A stretch of DNA of 64,000 nucleotides, from the IMG/VR virus record IMGVR_UViG_3300042261_001312, positions 124,001 through 188,000 of that record. One strand, 5' to 3'. A model generated the notes under the pieces. That model was not told the origin of the DNA. It searched no databases and saw nothing but the letters and a program-made list of their open reading frames with translations. Position numbers and translations under genes: made by a program. Positions 1 through 10,559 of this stretch are shown here, in pieces. Each line of letters opens with the position of its first letter. The stretch's first letter is position 1.

Positions 1-135
1 GCATTTACAATCCGTAAAAGAATATTGGAAGTATCACCCGGTATTGATATGAATTATGAATTTATGACCAATGATGGATATGTTTTTAATGCATCTTTAA
101 CACTAGGTATAGATTTTTTTTTCCCCAGCATTTAG
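1..135 (+). CDS. C-terminal part of tail assembly chaperone / baseplate hub assembly protein (partial, runs off window start)
   Basis: Frame 1 open from base 1: AFTIRKRILEVSPGIDMNYEF...LGIDFFFPSI*. Ends in an FFP motif two genes upstream of the tape measure gene. Confidence 0.6.
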   Translation, partial: AFTIRKRILEVSPGIDMNYEFMTNDGYVFNASLTLGIDFFFPSI

Positions 136-152
136 CGGGGGAATATAAAAAA

Positions 153-326
153 ATGGTCGATGAAGAGATATTCATATTGACCAAACACGCTAAATTTCAG
201 GCAGAATATATTGAAAACTTACCAATTTACCGCAGACGACATTTCTTATTTCTATTACAAAAAGAAAATGAAGAAATTGAAAAAATGCAAGAAAAGGTAA
301 GAAATAAAAGCACAAGACCAAGATAA
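153..326 (+). CDS. 57-aa tail assembly protein (gpT-like -1 frameshift partner); too short for the ORF track
   Basis: MVDEEIFILTKHAKFQAEYIENLPIYRRRHFLFLLQKENEEIEKMQEKVRNKSTRPR*. Lies immediately before the tape measure gene and is open back to the T9 run at 114-122 in the -1 frame. Confidence 0.7.
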   Translation: MVDEEIFILTKHAKFQAEYIENLPIYRRRHFLFLLQKENEEIEKMQEKVRNKSTRPR

Positions 327-344
327 CACAATTTCTTGGTCTTT

Positions 345-353
345 GTATTTATA
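345..353 (+). promoter_or_regulatory. Putative phage (late) promoter motif GTATTTAT(A), representative copy
   Basis: The motif recurs in intergenic gaps, usually shortly before start codons, at 345, 4094, 7776, 9494, 20943, 24305, 25811, 32367, 32906, 37048, 43248, 44267, 49852, 50199, 50550, 59224, and on the - strand at 60716-60724 before the - strand GIY-YIG gene. Confidence 0.7.
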
Positions 354-370
354 TAAAACGTTAAATTATC

Positions 371-2944
371 ATGGCAAAAAACCCTGTTAAAGTAGATGCA
401 ACTAATCTCAAACAAGTTAATGATTTATTAGCAGAACAAGCCAATAAATATAGAGAAATTGGTGCAGTAGAAGAGGCTATTTTCCTAAAACATAAAATGG
501 AGGAAAATAACAGAAAAGTTATTAATGATTTACTTGCTGAACAAGTTAGATTAGTTAATGATACATCACTTAGTGAAGCAACCAGAAATGCTGAATTAAG
601 AAAAATAGAAAAAACTATAACTGAGATTACTGCTGAACAAGGCAAGTTAAATAAGCAACTTAAAATAGAAAATGAATTATTAAAATCAAGTTTAACTTGG
701 AGACAACTTGGGGTAAATGTTGCAAAAGAAATGGGCAACCAATTAAAAATTGGTTGGACTTATTTACAAGCATCTGATAAAGTAATTAAATCAACAATTC
801 TTAATTTAGGATTGTCTGGTGCAAAAGCAAGTGCAATGAGATTATCTTTTGAACAATCCGTTAGTGCTGTAAGTCTATTGGGTGGAAACTTAGAGGATAT
901 TCAAAAAATAATGGAAGGATTTGCTGATGAAACAGGCAGAGCACGTGCATTATCAGCACAGATGATTGAAGATATTACTGCAATTGGTAAAGGTACTGGA
1001 TTAGGAGTTGAACAAGCGACTAGACTTGCTGGACAATTTGAATACATGGGACTTAATGCAAAAAGCAGTATGGATTTTGTACAAGGTGTGGTTGATACTT
1101 CTGAAAGAATGGGAGTTAATACAACCAAAGTATTAAAAAATGTTACCGATAATTTCAAAAAATTAAGCACATATACTTTTCAGGGTGGTGTAAAAGCAAT
1201 GGGTCAAATGGCGATGAGTGCTGAAAAGACTAAAGTTGAAATGACCACAGCATTAAATGTTGCTGAAGCAACAAGAAGTTTAGATAAAGTAATTGAACTA
1301 GGTGCTAATCTGCAAGTTATGGGTGGAGAGTTCGCTAAAATGGACCCATTCCAATGGTTATATATCGCTCGTAACGAGCCAGATAAAATGACTGAAAAAA
1401 TTTCTGAAATGACCAAGGGAATATATACCCTTAGAAAAAATTCAGATGGTACGTTTGAAAAATTCATTTCACCTGAAGATAGAGATAGATTATCTAATGT
1501 TGCTAAAACATTAGGAATTGCCGAAGAAGAAATGTTTAAAATTGCTCAAAGAAGACTCGATTTAACCATGCTAGATAAGCAAACTGCTGGATTGGGTTTA
1601 AATAAACGTGAAAAAGAGTTGATTCAAGGTGCTGCTACAATGAATACTGCAACAGGTAAGTATCAAGTATTACTTGGCGGTACTATGAGAGATATAAGCA
1701 CTTTAACAAAAGAACAAGCAAATGCATTTGCTAGTGAACAAGTCTTACTTAAAGAAAGAGCAAAAGAAGCACAAACATTTGATGAAGCATTTAAAAATAC
1801 AGTTAATGCATTAAAAGGTGCTTTATTACCATTTTTAAAAACAATAAATTCAGTTTTAAGTAATGTGAGAGCAGTAACTGACCCAATTGTTGGAAAATTT
1901 GGAATGTGGGGTGCTGCTGGTTTATTATTGAGTGCAGGTATTGTTTGGAAAGGACTTATAAGTGGACTTAGTATTCTTGCTAATAATTTGGCAAATAAAT
2001 TACCAATATTAAGCAAATTAATTCCATTTATAGGTAAAAGTGGAGGTGGTACTGAAGGAGGTATTGGACGTGGTGGGGGTGCTGCTGGAGGTAAGTGGTG
2101 GCAGACCAAAGCAGGAACTATTAGAAAAGGTGCTCCTGAAATGATGAAAGCAAGAGGAATGTCAAATCTTGCTACAGGTGCTGGTGTTGGTGCTGCTGGT
2201 CTTGGAATTGGTGCAGGTATTGGTGCTGCAGCACTTGGTATTAGTGAATTAGCAAAATCAATAAAAGATGTTGATATTGAGAAACTCAATCTAATGAATA
2301 AAACATTAATTGGTTTGGGTGTTGGTATGGCAGTAATTGGTGGATTAGGAATGTTAGCAGGACCGGGTTTATTAGCCGTAGGTGGTGGTATTGCATTAAT
2401 TGGTGCAGGTATTGGTATTGCTGCTGCTGGTATTGGAGTAATGGCAGAAGGGTTAAGTTTATTGGTTGATAAAAGCAAGGGTGCTGGTAAAGACTTTTTA
2501 ATGGTGGCTGGTGGTATTGCAGCAATTGCTGGTTCAATGGCATTATTTAGTAATCCACTTAGTGGAATTGGAATTCTTGCATTTGCTGGAGTTATGGCAA
2601 CAATTGTTGGTGCATCACTTGCTACTGCACATGTGGCTGAATCAATTGAACGAATGGGAACAGCAATGAAAGGAAGTAAAGATGATTGGATTGCAGTCCA
2701 AAATGCAATTACTGCAATTAGTGGTGCAAATACTAAAGGTGGTGGTATGTTGGCTGAGTTAGCAACGTTATTAAAGTCTCCATTAAAAGTTGAATTTGCA
2801 GATAAGAATGTTGGACTCGTAAATGACATTACTTTAAATATTGATGGTGAGAAATTTATGCAGAAAGTAATAAATGTCAATACATTAATTCAAAAAACAA
2901 ATTATTCGAAAGAAGGAAGAGAAGCAAGTAAGCCAGCCACATAA
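371..2944 (+). CDS. Tail tape measure protein
   Basis: 857 aa. Long helical Ala/Glu/Lys-rich N-half and Gly/Ala-rich hydrophobic C-half; sits between tail chaperones and baseplate genes. Confidence 0.85.
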   Translation: MAKNPVKVDATNLKQVNDLLAEQANKYREIGAVEEAIFLKHKMEENNRKVINDLLAEQVRLVNDTSLSEATRNAELRKIEKTITEITAEQGKLNKQLKIENELLKSSLTWRQLGVNVAKEMGNQLKIGWTYLQASDKVIKSTILNLGLSGAKASAMRLSFEQSVSAVSLLGGNLEDIQKIMEGFADETGRARALSAQMIEDITAIGKGTGLGVEQATRLAGQFEYMGLNAKSSMDFVQGVVDTSERMGVNTTKVLKNVTDNFKKLSTYTFQGGVKAMGQMAMSAEKTKVEMTTALNVAEATRSLDKVIELGANLQVMGGEFAKMDPFQWLYIARNEPDKMTEKISEMTKGIYTLRKNSDGTFEKFISPEDRDRLSNVAKTLGIAEEEMFKIAQRRLDLTMLDKQTAGLGLNKREKELIQGAATMNTATGKYQVLLGGTMRDISTLTKEQANAFASEQVLLKERAKEAQTFDEAFKNTVNALKGALLPFLKTINSVLSNVRAVTDPIVGKFGMWGAAGLLLSAGIVWKGLISGLSILANNLANKLPILSKLIPFIGKSGGGTEGGIGRGGGAAGGKWWQTKAGTIRKGAPEMMKARGMSNLATGAGVGAAGLGIGAGIGAAALGISELAKSIKDVDIEKLNLMNKTLIGLGVGMAVIGGLGMLAGPGLLAVGGGIALIGAGIGIAAAGIGVMAEGLSLLVDKSKGAGKDFLMVAGGIAAIAGSMALFSNPLSGIGILAFAGVMATIVGASLATAHVAESIERMGTAMKGSKDDWIAVQNAITAISGANTKGGGMLAELATLLKSPLKVEFADKNVGLVNDITLNIDGEKFMQKVINVNTLIQKTNYSKEGREASKPAT

Positions 2945-2948
2945 TTTG

Positions 2949-3644
2949 TTAAAATTTACTTCCCTTACTAAGATTATCAGTTTTCCATATAGGCTGTAGA
3001 TTACTTAACATATTAATAGTTTTTGGACTAGTACCCTTCTTAAATGATGATATCGGCTTTTTATGGTCAATGTGCCATTCTTTTCTATTATTCCAAGACA
3101 TTCCTTCTTTGAATTGACATTCAATTCTTTGAATCAATTGTCTTGGTGAATAACCGAATTCCATAACAGTATTTAAATATTCTTTATTAAAACCAAATTT
3201 TTCAGTACGATATAAAAAATTTCTCATCCATTTTACTGTTGCTAACTCCAAATTTTTCTTGTATCTATTACGAGCATATTCACGACACTTATCTGCATTG
3301 TTTTTTCTCCATGTTTTACCGTACTCGTTAGATTTGGTTTTATTGCTAGAATAATATTCTCTCGAATACTGATTTAGTACGTCTTTATTTTCAGAATAAT
3401 ACTTTTTTCTATATTCAAGACATTTAATCTTATTCTTTTCATAGTATTTTCTATATGACTCTTTATATTTTTCAGGATGTAATTTATAATAATTAGTAGA
3501 ACTTTTGTTAATTATTGGCAAATACATTTTTTTAAAACACTCCTTACATTTTGCTTGTCTATTAAGAAATCCTTTTTTATGTTTATAAAAATCATTTAAC
3601 GATTTTTCAACCTTACATACATTACAAATTTTACTATCATTCAT
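2949..3644 (-). mobile_element. Free-standing HNH homing endonuclease
   Basis: N-terminal CxxC...CxxC zinc ribbon, basic helical repeats, C-terminal GMSWNN..EWHIDHKKP..NLQPIW..DNLSKG HNH motif. Opposite strand to its neighbours. Confidence 0.85.
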
Positions 3645-3767
3645 ATTTTCAATTTATTATAAAAACTATACCAAAAATTATTTTATAATTACAAATGTTA
3701 AAATTATTTAATAAATGTTAAAAACAAAAATTTTTCTTTTTTTTCTCCTCAAAATTTTGTAACTTTG

Positions 3768-3900
3768 ATGAAGCCTTCGCAAGCGTACAGCATAGCGTAC
3801 TGCGTACACTACACCGCACAGCATCGCAAGACTTCTTTCTTCAAGTCTGCGACCCGAAGAACAAACTTACAAGATTTGTGATTGAGTTCTTCGAATTCAA
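3768..3900. ncRNA. Putative structured non-coding element (GC-rich island)
   Basis: Locally GC-rich patch with pentamer-like repeats. Hairpins TCGCAAGACTT/AAGTCTGCGA (3824-3852) and CGAAGAAC/GTTCTTCG (3855-3893). Preceded by TAACTTTG (3760-3767). Confidence 0.4.
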
Positions 3901-4115
3901 CCAAAATTTGAGATAAAAGGAATACTATGCTCATTTTCTAAAGAAAATTCAAATTAAAAAATCTAAAGCGTAAATTTAGTTAAATTTAATTTAATACCCA
4001 ATATTTTTTTGGTAAAAATAGGGTGATAAAAATTTTTTGTTTTGGGATGGTCTTATCCAATGTAAAAATAGAACATATAATTTTATTATGCAAGTATTTA
4101 TTAAAAAATATTTGA

Positions 4116-7100
4116 ATGGCAAACGAGCAAGACATGACACCTTCAAGGTTATTAACGAGTACTGAAACACTTAGAAATACAGTAACTGCTAGAAATATAT
4201 ATACACCTGATGCTGAATATCCAACAGCCAATCAAACTACGGTGAATAAGACGGTTAATGCTATTAATAGTGTTATTAGCGTATTAACTCCATTTAAATC
4301 TTATAATTTGGAGAATACTGTTTATGGAAGAATTGTAACTAATAGAACACCATTAGCAACAATTGGTTTGACTATGTTGGGAAAACAAATGGCATTAAAT
4401 GCTATGTCTAGTATTGCTCAAGACAATTTTCCAACAATTAAAGTTGCTAATTTATTTGATAATAATCCAAGCACTAAACTTTTTACTAAAAAAGTAAATT
4501 ACAGTATTACAGTTAAGTCAGGTACTACACCATTTCAAAAATTTTTAAATTCGGCAGTTTATTGGTATGTTGCTGCAGATAATCCGTTTGTTAAAACTCC
4601 AACAAATGATGATTATATAAAAAATACAGGTACTGCTCAATTAGATAGTTTATACAGTGCGGTTAATAAAAACACATATAAGCAAGGTAAAGAGGGTAGT
4701 GTTTTTTATGAATATGCAGATAAAGCAGGCGAACCAATAAAACCAAGAGATTTTATTTATAATGCTACTAAGACATTTTTTAATTTTAATGACGATAGAA
4801 TATATCCTTACTTAAAAACAAGACCAAAAGAAGAGTCAATTGCTAGAGCAAATTCAGATATGAATTATGCATACACTTCAACTGGCGCATTAATACAAGA
4901 ATATGCACCAAATGCAGTATATGTTGAAAGTTATTTTGGTAACACTATTTCAAAAACTTCGTTTGAAAATTTATCTCAAGCAGGTTTAGGATATTCACAA
5001 GATTATAATATGAATAACTGGATTGGTAATGATACTGAATTCAGTAATGATAACATTAATAATAAAATTGTTTGGGGTAGAGATGGTGTTAGTTCACAAA
5101 CTAATAAAGAATTATCTCAATTACAAGGTCTTCCTGATGATGCTACAGTTCAACCTCAAAGTTTGAAAAGTGGATTTAATATAAATGTTGGATTATTAGA
5201 ATATACTAGGAATTTAATTAATGCCACAGAAGGTAGAGTTGGTGATATTACAAGAAAAGCATTTGTAAAAGATAATAAAATTGTTGGATTTAATGGTTCT
5301 GGTGTGTGGAAAGCACCTTCAACAGCACTTCCTGAATTTGCTGGTAAAACTGGTGTTCGTCAACATTCAGTTTTAGATCAGTACGATAAATTTGCAAAAG
5401 CAATTAGATTCAATGGAAATAATGTTTATGGTGGAAATCAAGATTCAGTAATTTTTAATTCAGTACTACCTAGAATACATCCTGTTTTGAATAAAGAAGG
5501 TGTCCTAGAAAATAAAAACATGATGTTTAGTATTGAAAATCTTGCAGTTCGTGTAATTAGCAAAGATGGTTATGGCATTATTGATGATGAATACGGTTCA
5601 AAAATTCCTGCCAGTGAGGTCGGTCCGTTCAATGGACGTATTATGTGGTTTCCGCCATATAATATTGATTTTAATGAAACTGCTACCGCTAAATATGAAT
5701 CAACTGTTATGGTTGGTAGGAATGAACCAATGTATAACTACATGAATTCAGAAAGAACTGCCAATCTTAATTTTACAATGCTTATTGACTATCCACCACA
5801 ATTGAGAAATTTTAGTAATAGTAAAACGCTTCAAAAAGATATTGCAGAATTTTTCGCATTTGGTGGTCAATCTGATTTATTAGAAAATAAATATAGTGAT
5901 AATCTTGAACTTAGAATAAAATTATTACAAAAACAAATAGATGATATTAAAGGTAGTGGTATTATTTCTGAACCAAGAATTAGTGCACCAACCCCAATTC
6001 ATGTGTATTTTCCAAATAATGTTCCGTCTACAACTGATGATTTAAATTCTATTTTTGATGAAATGTATAAAAGATATCATTACGAAATTATTCCAGAGTG
6101 TGGTTCAAGTGATGGTGCTGCATATGGTTTAAATCAACCAGTTTACTATGTTAATAATTTAATTGAACATTATACTGAAGAAGGAAATGTGTATTATGAA
6201 GTAGGTCCTGATCCAGAATCACAATATGATGTTGGACGTGATGTAGTTGATGAAGTTGGAACATCTTCGATTAAATTGAACAATACATTAACCAATGTAT
6301 ATGATAATGAATATCTTAGAAAATATTATAGTATTAGAATTGTTGGTACTGCTTCTAAATTATATAATGAAAATGGTGTAAATGGTACAGAAGCACAATA
6401 CAATACTGCATTAGGTGAAAGAAGAGCAAATGCAACTAAAAATTTAATTGAGGCAAGATTAAAAGCAATTTATGGTAAATCAGCACAAGAATTGGGAATT
6501 GAAATCATAACATCAACTTCTGGTAGTATGAATGCCAGTGTTAATGGTGCAACTGCTTCATCAATTCCATTACGAAATACTAAATTGGAAAGAAGTGCGG
6601 ATATTAATATATTTAGAAACAGTAAAACATTTGAAAAAGTTGATAAAAAATTAACTTCTGAGGAACAGGCAACAATAGATCAATTATTGCTTGAAATAGA
6701 TACACTACAAACTCAAATTAATAATGCAAGTTCACCAAGTGAATTAGTAATGAATGAAAGAAAGGCAAGTGAAACTGCAATTCTAAATGGATATCAATCG
6801 GTTGGTGGTAATTATTTATATCCTGCCTTCCATTCACAAACACCTGAAGATTTTCATAAAAGATTGACGTTTTTACATCAATGTACAAGACAAGGTGCGG
6901 CAAAAAGATATAATGTGGTTGATGAAAATGGTATTTTAAGAGCAAAAAATTCAGTTTTTGGTAGACAACCAATTTGTATTTTAAGAGTTGGTGATTTTTA
7001 TTATACAAAAGTTATTATTGAAAGTATTGCTTTTGACTTTTCCGAAACGACTTGGGATATGAATCCAGAAGGATTTGGTATGCAACCAATGATAGCAAAA

Positions 7101-7382
7101 ATATCAATGCAAATGAAAATAATTGGTGGTCAATCGTTAAAAGGACCTATCGATGCTCTACAAAATGCCGTATCTTTCAATTATTATGCAAATTCCAATT
7201 ATACTTCAAATGGTATGTATAAACTTCCGTCAAATGAAGCAGATAAACAAGAAGCATATATTAACGGAATTTTGACAACAGAAAAGAAAAATTTAGAAGA
7301 TGCATATGCTGCAAATGTTGCAAAAATGGCAAGTAAAAATGTAACCACTAATCAAAACAACGATGTTGTTAATTATGAATAA
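4116..7382 (+). CDS. Large baseplate hub/tail-tube-initiator-like structural protein with internal OmpA-like segment
   Basis: 1088 aa, after the tape measure gene. Tube/hub-like segments (WFPPYNIDFNET, YESTVMVGRNEP, TTWDMNPEG.GMQP) and an OmpA-like motif YNTALGERRANAT. Confidence 0.6.
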   Translation: MANEQDMTPSRLLTSTETLRNTVTARNIYTPDAEYPTANQTTVNKTVNAINSVISVLTPFKSYNLENTVYGRIVTNRTPLATIGLTMLGKQMALNAMSSIAQDNFPTIKVANLFDNNPSTKLFTKKVNYSITVKSGTTPFQKFLNSAVYWYVAADNPFVKTPTNDDYIKNTGTAQLDSLYSAVNKNTYKQGKEGSVFYEYADKAGEPIKPRDFIYNATKTFFNFNDDRIYPYLKTRPKEESIARANSDMNYAYTSTGALIQEYAPNAVYVESYFGNTISKTSFENLSQAGLGYSQDYNMNNWIGNDTEFSNDNINNKIVWGRDGVSSQTNKELSQLQGLPDDATVQPQSLKSGFNINVGLLEYTRNLINATEGRVGDITRKAFVKDNKIVGFNGSGVWKAPSTALPEFAGKTGVRQHSVLDQYDKFAKAIRFNGNNVYGGNQDSVIFNSVLPRIHPVLNKEGVLENKNMMFSIENLAVRVISKDGYGIIDDEYGSKIPASEVGPFNGRIMWFPPYNIDFNETATAKYESTVMVGRNEPMYNYMNSERTANLNFTMLIDYPPQLRNFSNSKTLQKDIAEFFAFGGQSDLLENKYSDNLELRIKLLQKQIDDIKGSGIISEPRISAPTPIHVYFPNNVPSTTDDLNSIFDEMYKRYHYEIIPECGSSDGAAYGLNQPVYYVNNLIEHYTEEGNVYYEVGPDPESQYDVGRDVVDEVGTSSIKLNNTLTNVYDNEYLRKYYSIRIVGTASKLYNENGVNGTEAQYNTALGERRANATKNLIEARLKAIYGKSAQELGIEIITSTSGSMNASVNGATASSIPLRNTKLERSADINIFRNSKTFEKVDKKLTSEEQATIDQLLLEIDTLQTQINNASSPSELVMNERKASETAILNGYQSVGGNYLYPAFHSQTPEDFHKRLTFLHQCTRQGAAKRYNVVDENGILRAKNSVFGRQPICILRVGDFYYTKVIIESIAFDFSETTWDMNPEGFGMQPMIAKISMQMKIIGGQSLKGPIDALQNAVSFNYYANSNYTSNGMYKLPSNEADKQEAYINGILTTEKKNLEDAYAANVAKMASKNVTTNQNNDVVNYE

Positions 7383-7396
7383 AAAATATATTAATT

Positions 7397-7711
7397 ATGC
7401 CATACGTAGATTACAATAGATATTCGATATTAAAGAATGATAATGGTACTACTGAACCAATGCCATTTGTTTATTTGCCCGTAAATGCAAGTGACAAGTA
7501 TGAGAATTGGAATACAGAATTCAGTAGATTGGATAAACTATCTCAAAAATATTATGGAAATCCATTTTATGATTTTCTGATTTTGTATGCCAATAATATA
7601 TATGTTAGTGAATTTGATATTCCAGATAATGCTGTTATTAGAATACCATTTCCATTAAATAAAGTGAAAGCGGATTACGAAGCGTTTTTAACTCAATATA
7701 AAAAACAATAA
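7397..7711 (+). CDS. Baseplate wedge / LysM-like (gp53/tail X-like) protein
   Basis: 104 aa with RLDKLSQKYYGNPFYDFLILYAN...IRIP pattern, in baseplate context. Confidence 0.65.
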   Translation: MPYVDYNRYSILKNDNGTTEPMPFVYLPVNASDKYENWNTEFSRLDKLSQKYYGNPFYDFLILYANNIYVSEFDIPDNAVIRIPFPLNKVKADYEAFLTQYKKQ

Positions 7712-7714
7712 TAC

Positions 7715-7745
7715 TTGCATTATTAAAATAATTAAATTAAGTTTG
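7715..7745 (+). promoter_or_regulatory. Bacteroidota-type housekeeping promoter
   Basis: TTG(7715)-N20-TAAGTTTG(7738-7745). Overlapped by an 11-bp perfect inverted repeat AAGTTTGTAAA/TTTACAAACTT (7739-7762) followed by a T-run. Confidence 0.55.
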
Positions 7746-7798
7746 TAAATGTTTACAAACTTTTTTTGTTATTGAGTATTTATAATAAAAACAAAAAA

Positions 7799-8821
7799 AT
7801 GGGGAAATGGACAAATGATGAAATAGATTATCTAAAAAACAATTATCCTGAATATGGTGTCAATGTGTGTATAGAAAATTTAAAAAGAAGTAAATTAGCA
7901 ATATTGTCAAAAGTGTCTGAATTAAACTTAAAAAGAAAAAATATTTTAGAAAAAAATATTGACGACATTTCTTTCATAAGGAAAAATTATCCTAAATTTG
8001 GTGGTAAATATTGTGCAATAAAATTAAATAAAAATGAAAAATATGTAAAAGATATTGCATTTAGACTCAAAATAAAGGTTGATTCTAATGTTAAAAGAAA
8101 TAATTTTATTAATATTTTAAAAAATAAAAATATTAATAAATATGATGTTAATAATATTATTAATATTCGTGACAAGGAAATTTCATATTTTTTAGGTTAT
8201 TTTTGGGCAGATGGTCATATAGGTTCTTATAGTTCAAAATTATCTTCAATTTCATTAATTGAAGAAGACGCAATTCATCTTTTTACAATATTGAATAGCA
8301 TTAATAATTCGTGGAGCATTAGTGAACCAATTGAAAAATATTGGATAAATTCAGAAAAAGAAAGAGTATATGTTAAAAGACAAAGAAAAATACACACAAA
8401 TTCAATTGAAATATTTGAATTTTTGGAAAAAAATGATTTTTCATATAAAAGTGTAAAAAATTTTAATAAAATATGGAATGTAATACCTGAAAATTTAAAG
8501 TCTTATTTTGTTATGGGATTATTTGATGGTGATGGGTCTTTTAGTATAAATAAAACAAAAAATAAATATATTAATGGCAGAATTGTTTTTGTATCCACAT
8601 ATGATTACGATTGGTCTACGCTTGAAAATTATTTAATTGATAATAATATAAAATATAAGATATATAAATCTATTGTTAATTTAGGTAAATCTTCAAGATT
8701 GGTTATTTCATCATATAAATCAATATTGGACTATTATAATTTAATTTATGTTGATAAAAATTTTTGGGGATTAGAACGTAAATATATTAAAATTAAAAAT
8801 TTTTTAAATGAAAAAAAATAA
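7799..8821 (+). mobile_element. Free-standing double-motif LAGLIDADG homing endonuclease
   Basis: Motifs YFLGYFWADGHI and FVMGLFDGDGSF; N-terminal WTxDEI..L..NY repeats. ATG 7799 preferred over the track's TTG 7766 because it follows the GTATTTATA motif. Confidence 0.85.
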
Positions 8822-9503
8822 AATCATTGTGATTTTTTCATCACATTTTGGGGATGAAAAAAATGAAAATTTTATTAAGCATGTGTCTGAAACAATTGGT
8901 TGCGAATATAAAATTGTCTGTTATACAAATTACAATCAATTTAGTTTAACTAAAGTATATAATACTGCAATTAAAGAACATCATGATGTTAACACAATTA
9001 TGGTGTTTTGCCATTCGGACATTTCATTTAAGACAAAGAATTGGGGTAGATTATTATTAACAAAATTCAATAATAGTAATTTTGATATTATTGGCGTTGC
9101 TGGAACTACATATTTGGCAGAAAATGGTGTATGGTGGCATGATAGGTCAAAAATGTACGGAGTTGTTGAACACACTGATGGTAATTCCAGTTGGGTGAAT
9201 GTATATGCAGAACCACGTGCTGGGTATATCAAGCCAGTTGTGTTGGTTGACGGATTATTTATTGCAGTTAATTTTGATAATATCACACATAATTGGGACG
9301 AAGAATTTAAAGGATTTCATTTCTATGATATTTCATTTAGTTTTAGTAATATGTTGGAAGGATGTAATATTGGTGTAACAACTGATATTAGAATATTACA
9401 TCAATCAATTGGTATGGTCAATGACCAATGGGAAGAAAATAGAAAATTATTTGTAAATAAATATAAAAACGATTTACCTTTTTCAATAGATGAGTATTTA
9501 TAA
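8808..9503 (+). CDS. GT-A fold glycosyltransferase-like protein
   Basis: VFCHSDI (DxD-like), IIGVAG, VLVDGLFIAV, FHFYDISFS and ILHQS motifs typical of GT2-like families. Confidence 0.75.
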   Translation: MKKNKIIVIFSSHFGDEKNENFIKHVSETIGCEYKIVCYTNYNQFSLTKVYNTAIKEHHDVNTIMVFCHSDISFKTKNWGRLLLTKFNNSNFDIIGVAGTTYLAENGVWWHDRSKMYGVVEHTDGNSSWVNVYAEPRAGYIKPVVLVDGLFIAVNFDNITHNWDEEFKGFHFYDISFSFSNMLEGCNIGVTTDIRILHQSIGMVNDQWEENRKLFVNKYKNDLPFSIDEYL

Positions 9504-9518
9504 TAAAATAACTATAAA

Positions 9519-10559
9519 ATGAAAAAGTGGACAGACGAAGAAATTAATTTTTTAATTAATAATTACTCAATATATGGCTCTGAATATTGTATTAGTTATT
9601 TAAATAGAAGTTGGTCTTCAGTAATTGGAATGGCTACAAAATTAAAATTAAAAGCCAAAAAACGTAATTCATTAAATATTGAAGAAAAGGAGTTTTTAAA
9701 AATAAATTATCCTATTTACGGTTGTGAATATTGTATGAATGCCTTAAATAGAAGTAAAAAAACAATTCAAAAAAGCGCACATATATTAAAATTAAAAACG
9801 AACGACGGAGTTAAGGAAAATAACATTAGAAAAAAAAGACGAATAAATAATCTTGAAAAATATGATGTTAGTAATATTATTACAGTTAAGAATAAATTTT
9901 CTGCCTATATATTAGGATATTTGTGGTCGGATGGATATATTGGTAGAAACAATAAACACTTAACCTCAATTAGTTTAGTTAAAGAAGATGCTGAATTTTT
10001 ATTTAGAATATTAAATGATGTTTGTTATGGGTGGACAATAGGTAAAGAAATTAATAAATATTGGAAAAATTCTAATGGAGAGATTAAAAAGGCACAAAAT
10101 CAAAGAACAATTAGAATTTATTCACAAGAATTATTTGATTTTTTAAATAAATATGATTACGGCGTAAAATCAAACATAGGATTTAATAAAATATTTTCAA
10201 TAATTTCTAAAGAATTTAAACCATTTTTTATTTTAGGATTGTTTGATGGCGATGGACATTTTAATTATCAATATAGAAATAACAAATATCATTCTGGTGA
10301 ATTTGTTATTACTGCGTCATACGATTATGATTGGAGTTGTCTTGAAAAATATTTTAACAATAATGAAATTGAATATTCAACATATAGATTAATTGTTCCT
10401 TTGGGTAGAATATCAAACATTATTGTTAGAAAAAAACAATCATTAATTAAATTATATAATATGATTTATTGTGATGAATTTAGGGGATTAGATAGAAAAT
10501 ATGAAAAATATCAAAATTATATAACAAAAATAAATAATGTAGATAATGATAAATATTGA
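9519..10559 (+). mobile_element. Free-standing double-motif LAGLIDADG homing endonuclease (paralog of 7799-8821)
   Basis: Motifs YILGYLWSDGYI and FILGLFDGDGHF; same N-terminal repeats and shared ASYDYDWS.LE segment. Confidence 0.85.

Noticed and set aside
1663-2880. 405-aa - strand ORF and the many other short antisense or overlapping ORFs in the track
   Set aside because: They are shadows of well-supported + strand genes (Gly/Ala or repeat codon patterns) with no motifs or start signals.
2947-3705. 10-bp direct repeat TGTTAAAATT flanking the HNH gene as a target-site duplication
   Set aside because: Too short and AT-rich to be significant in this composition; a similar sequence recurs nearby.
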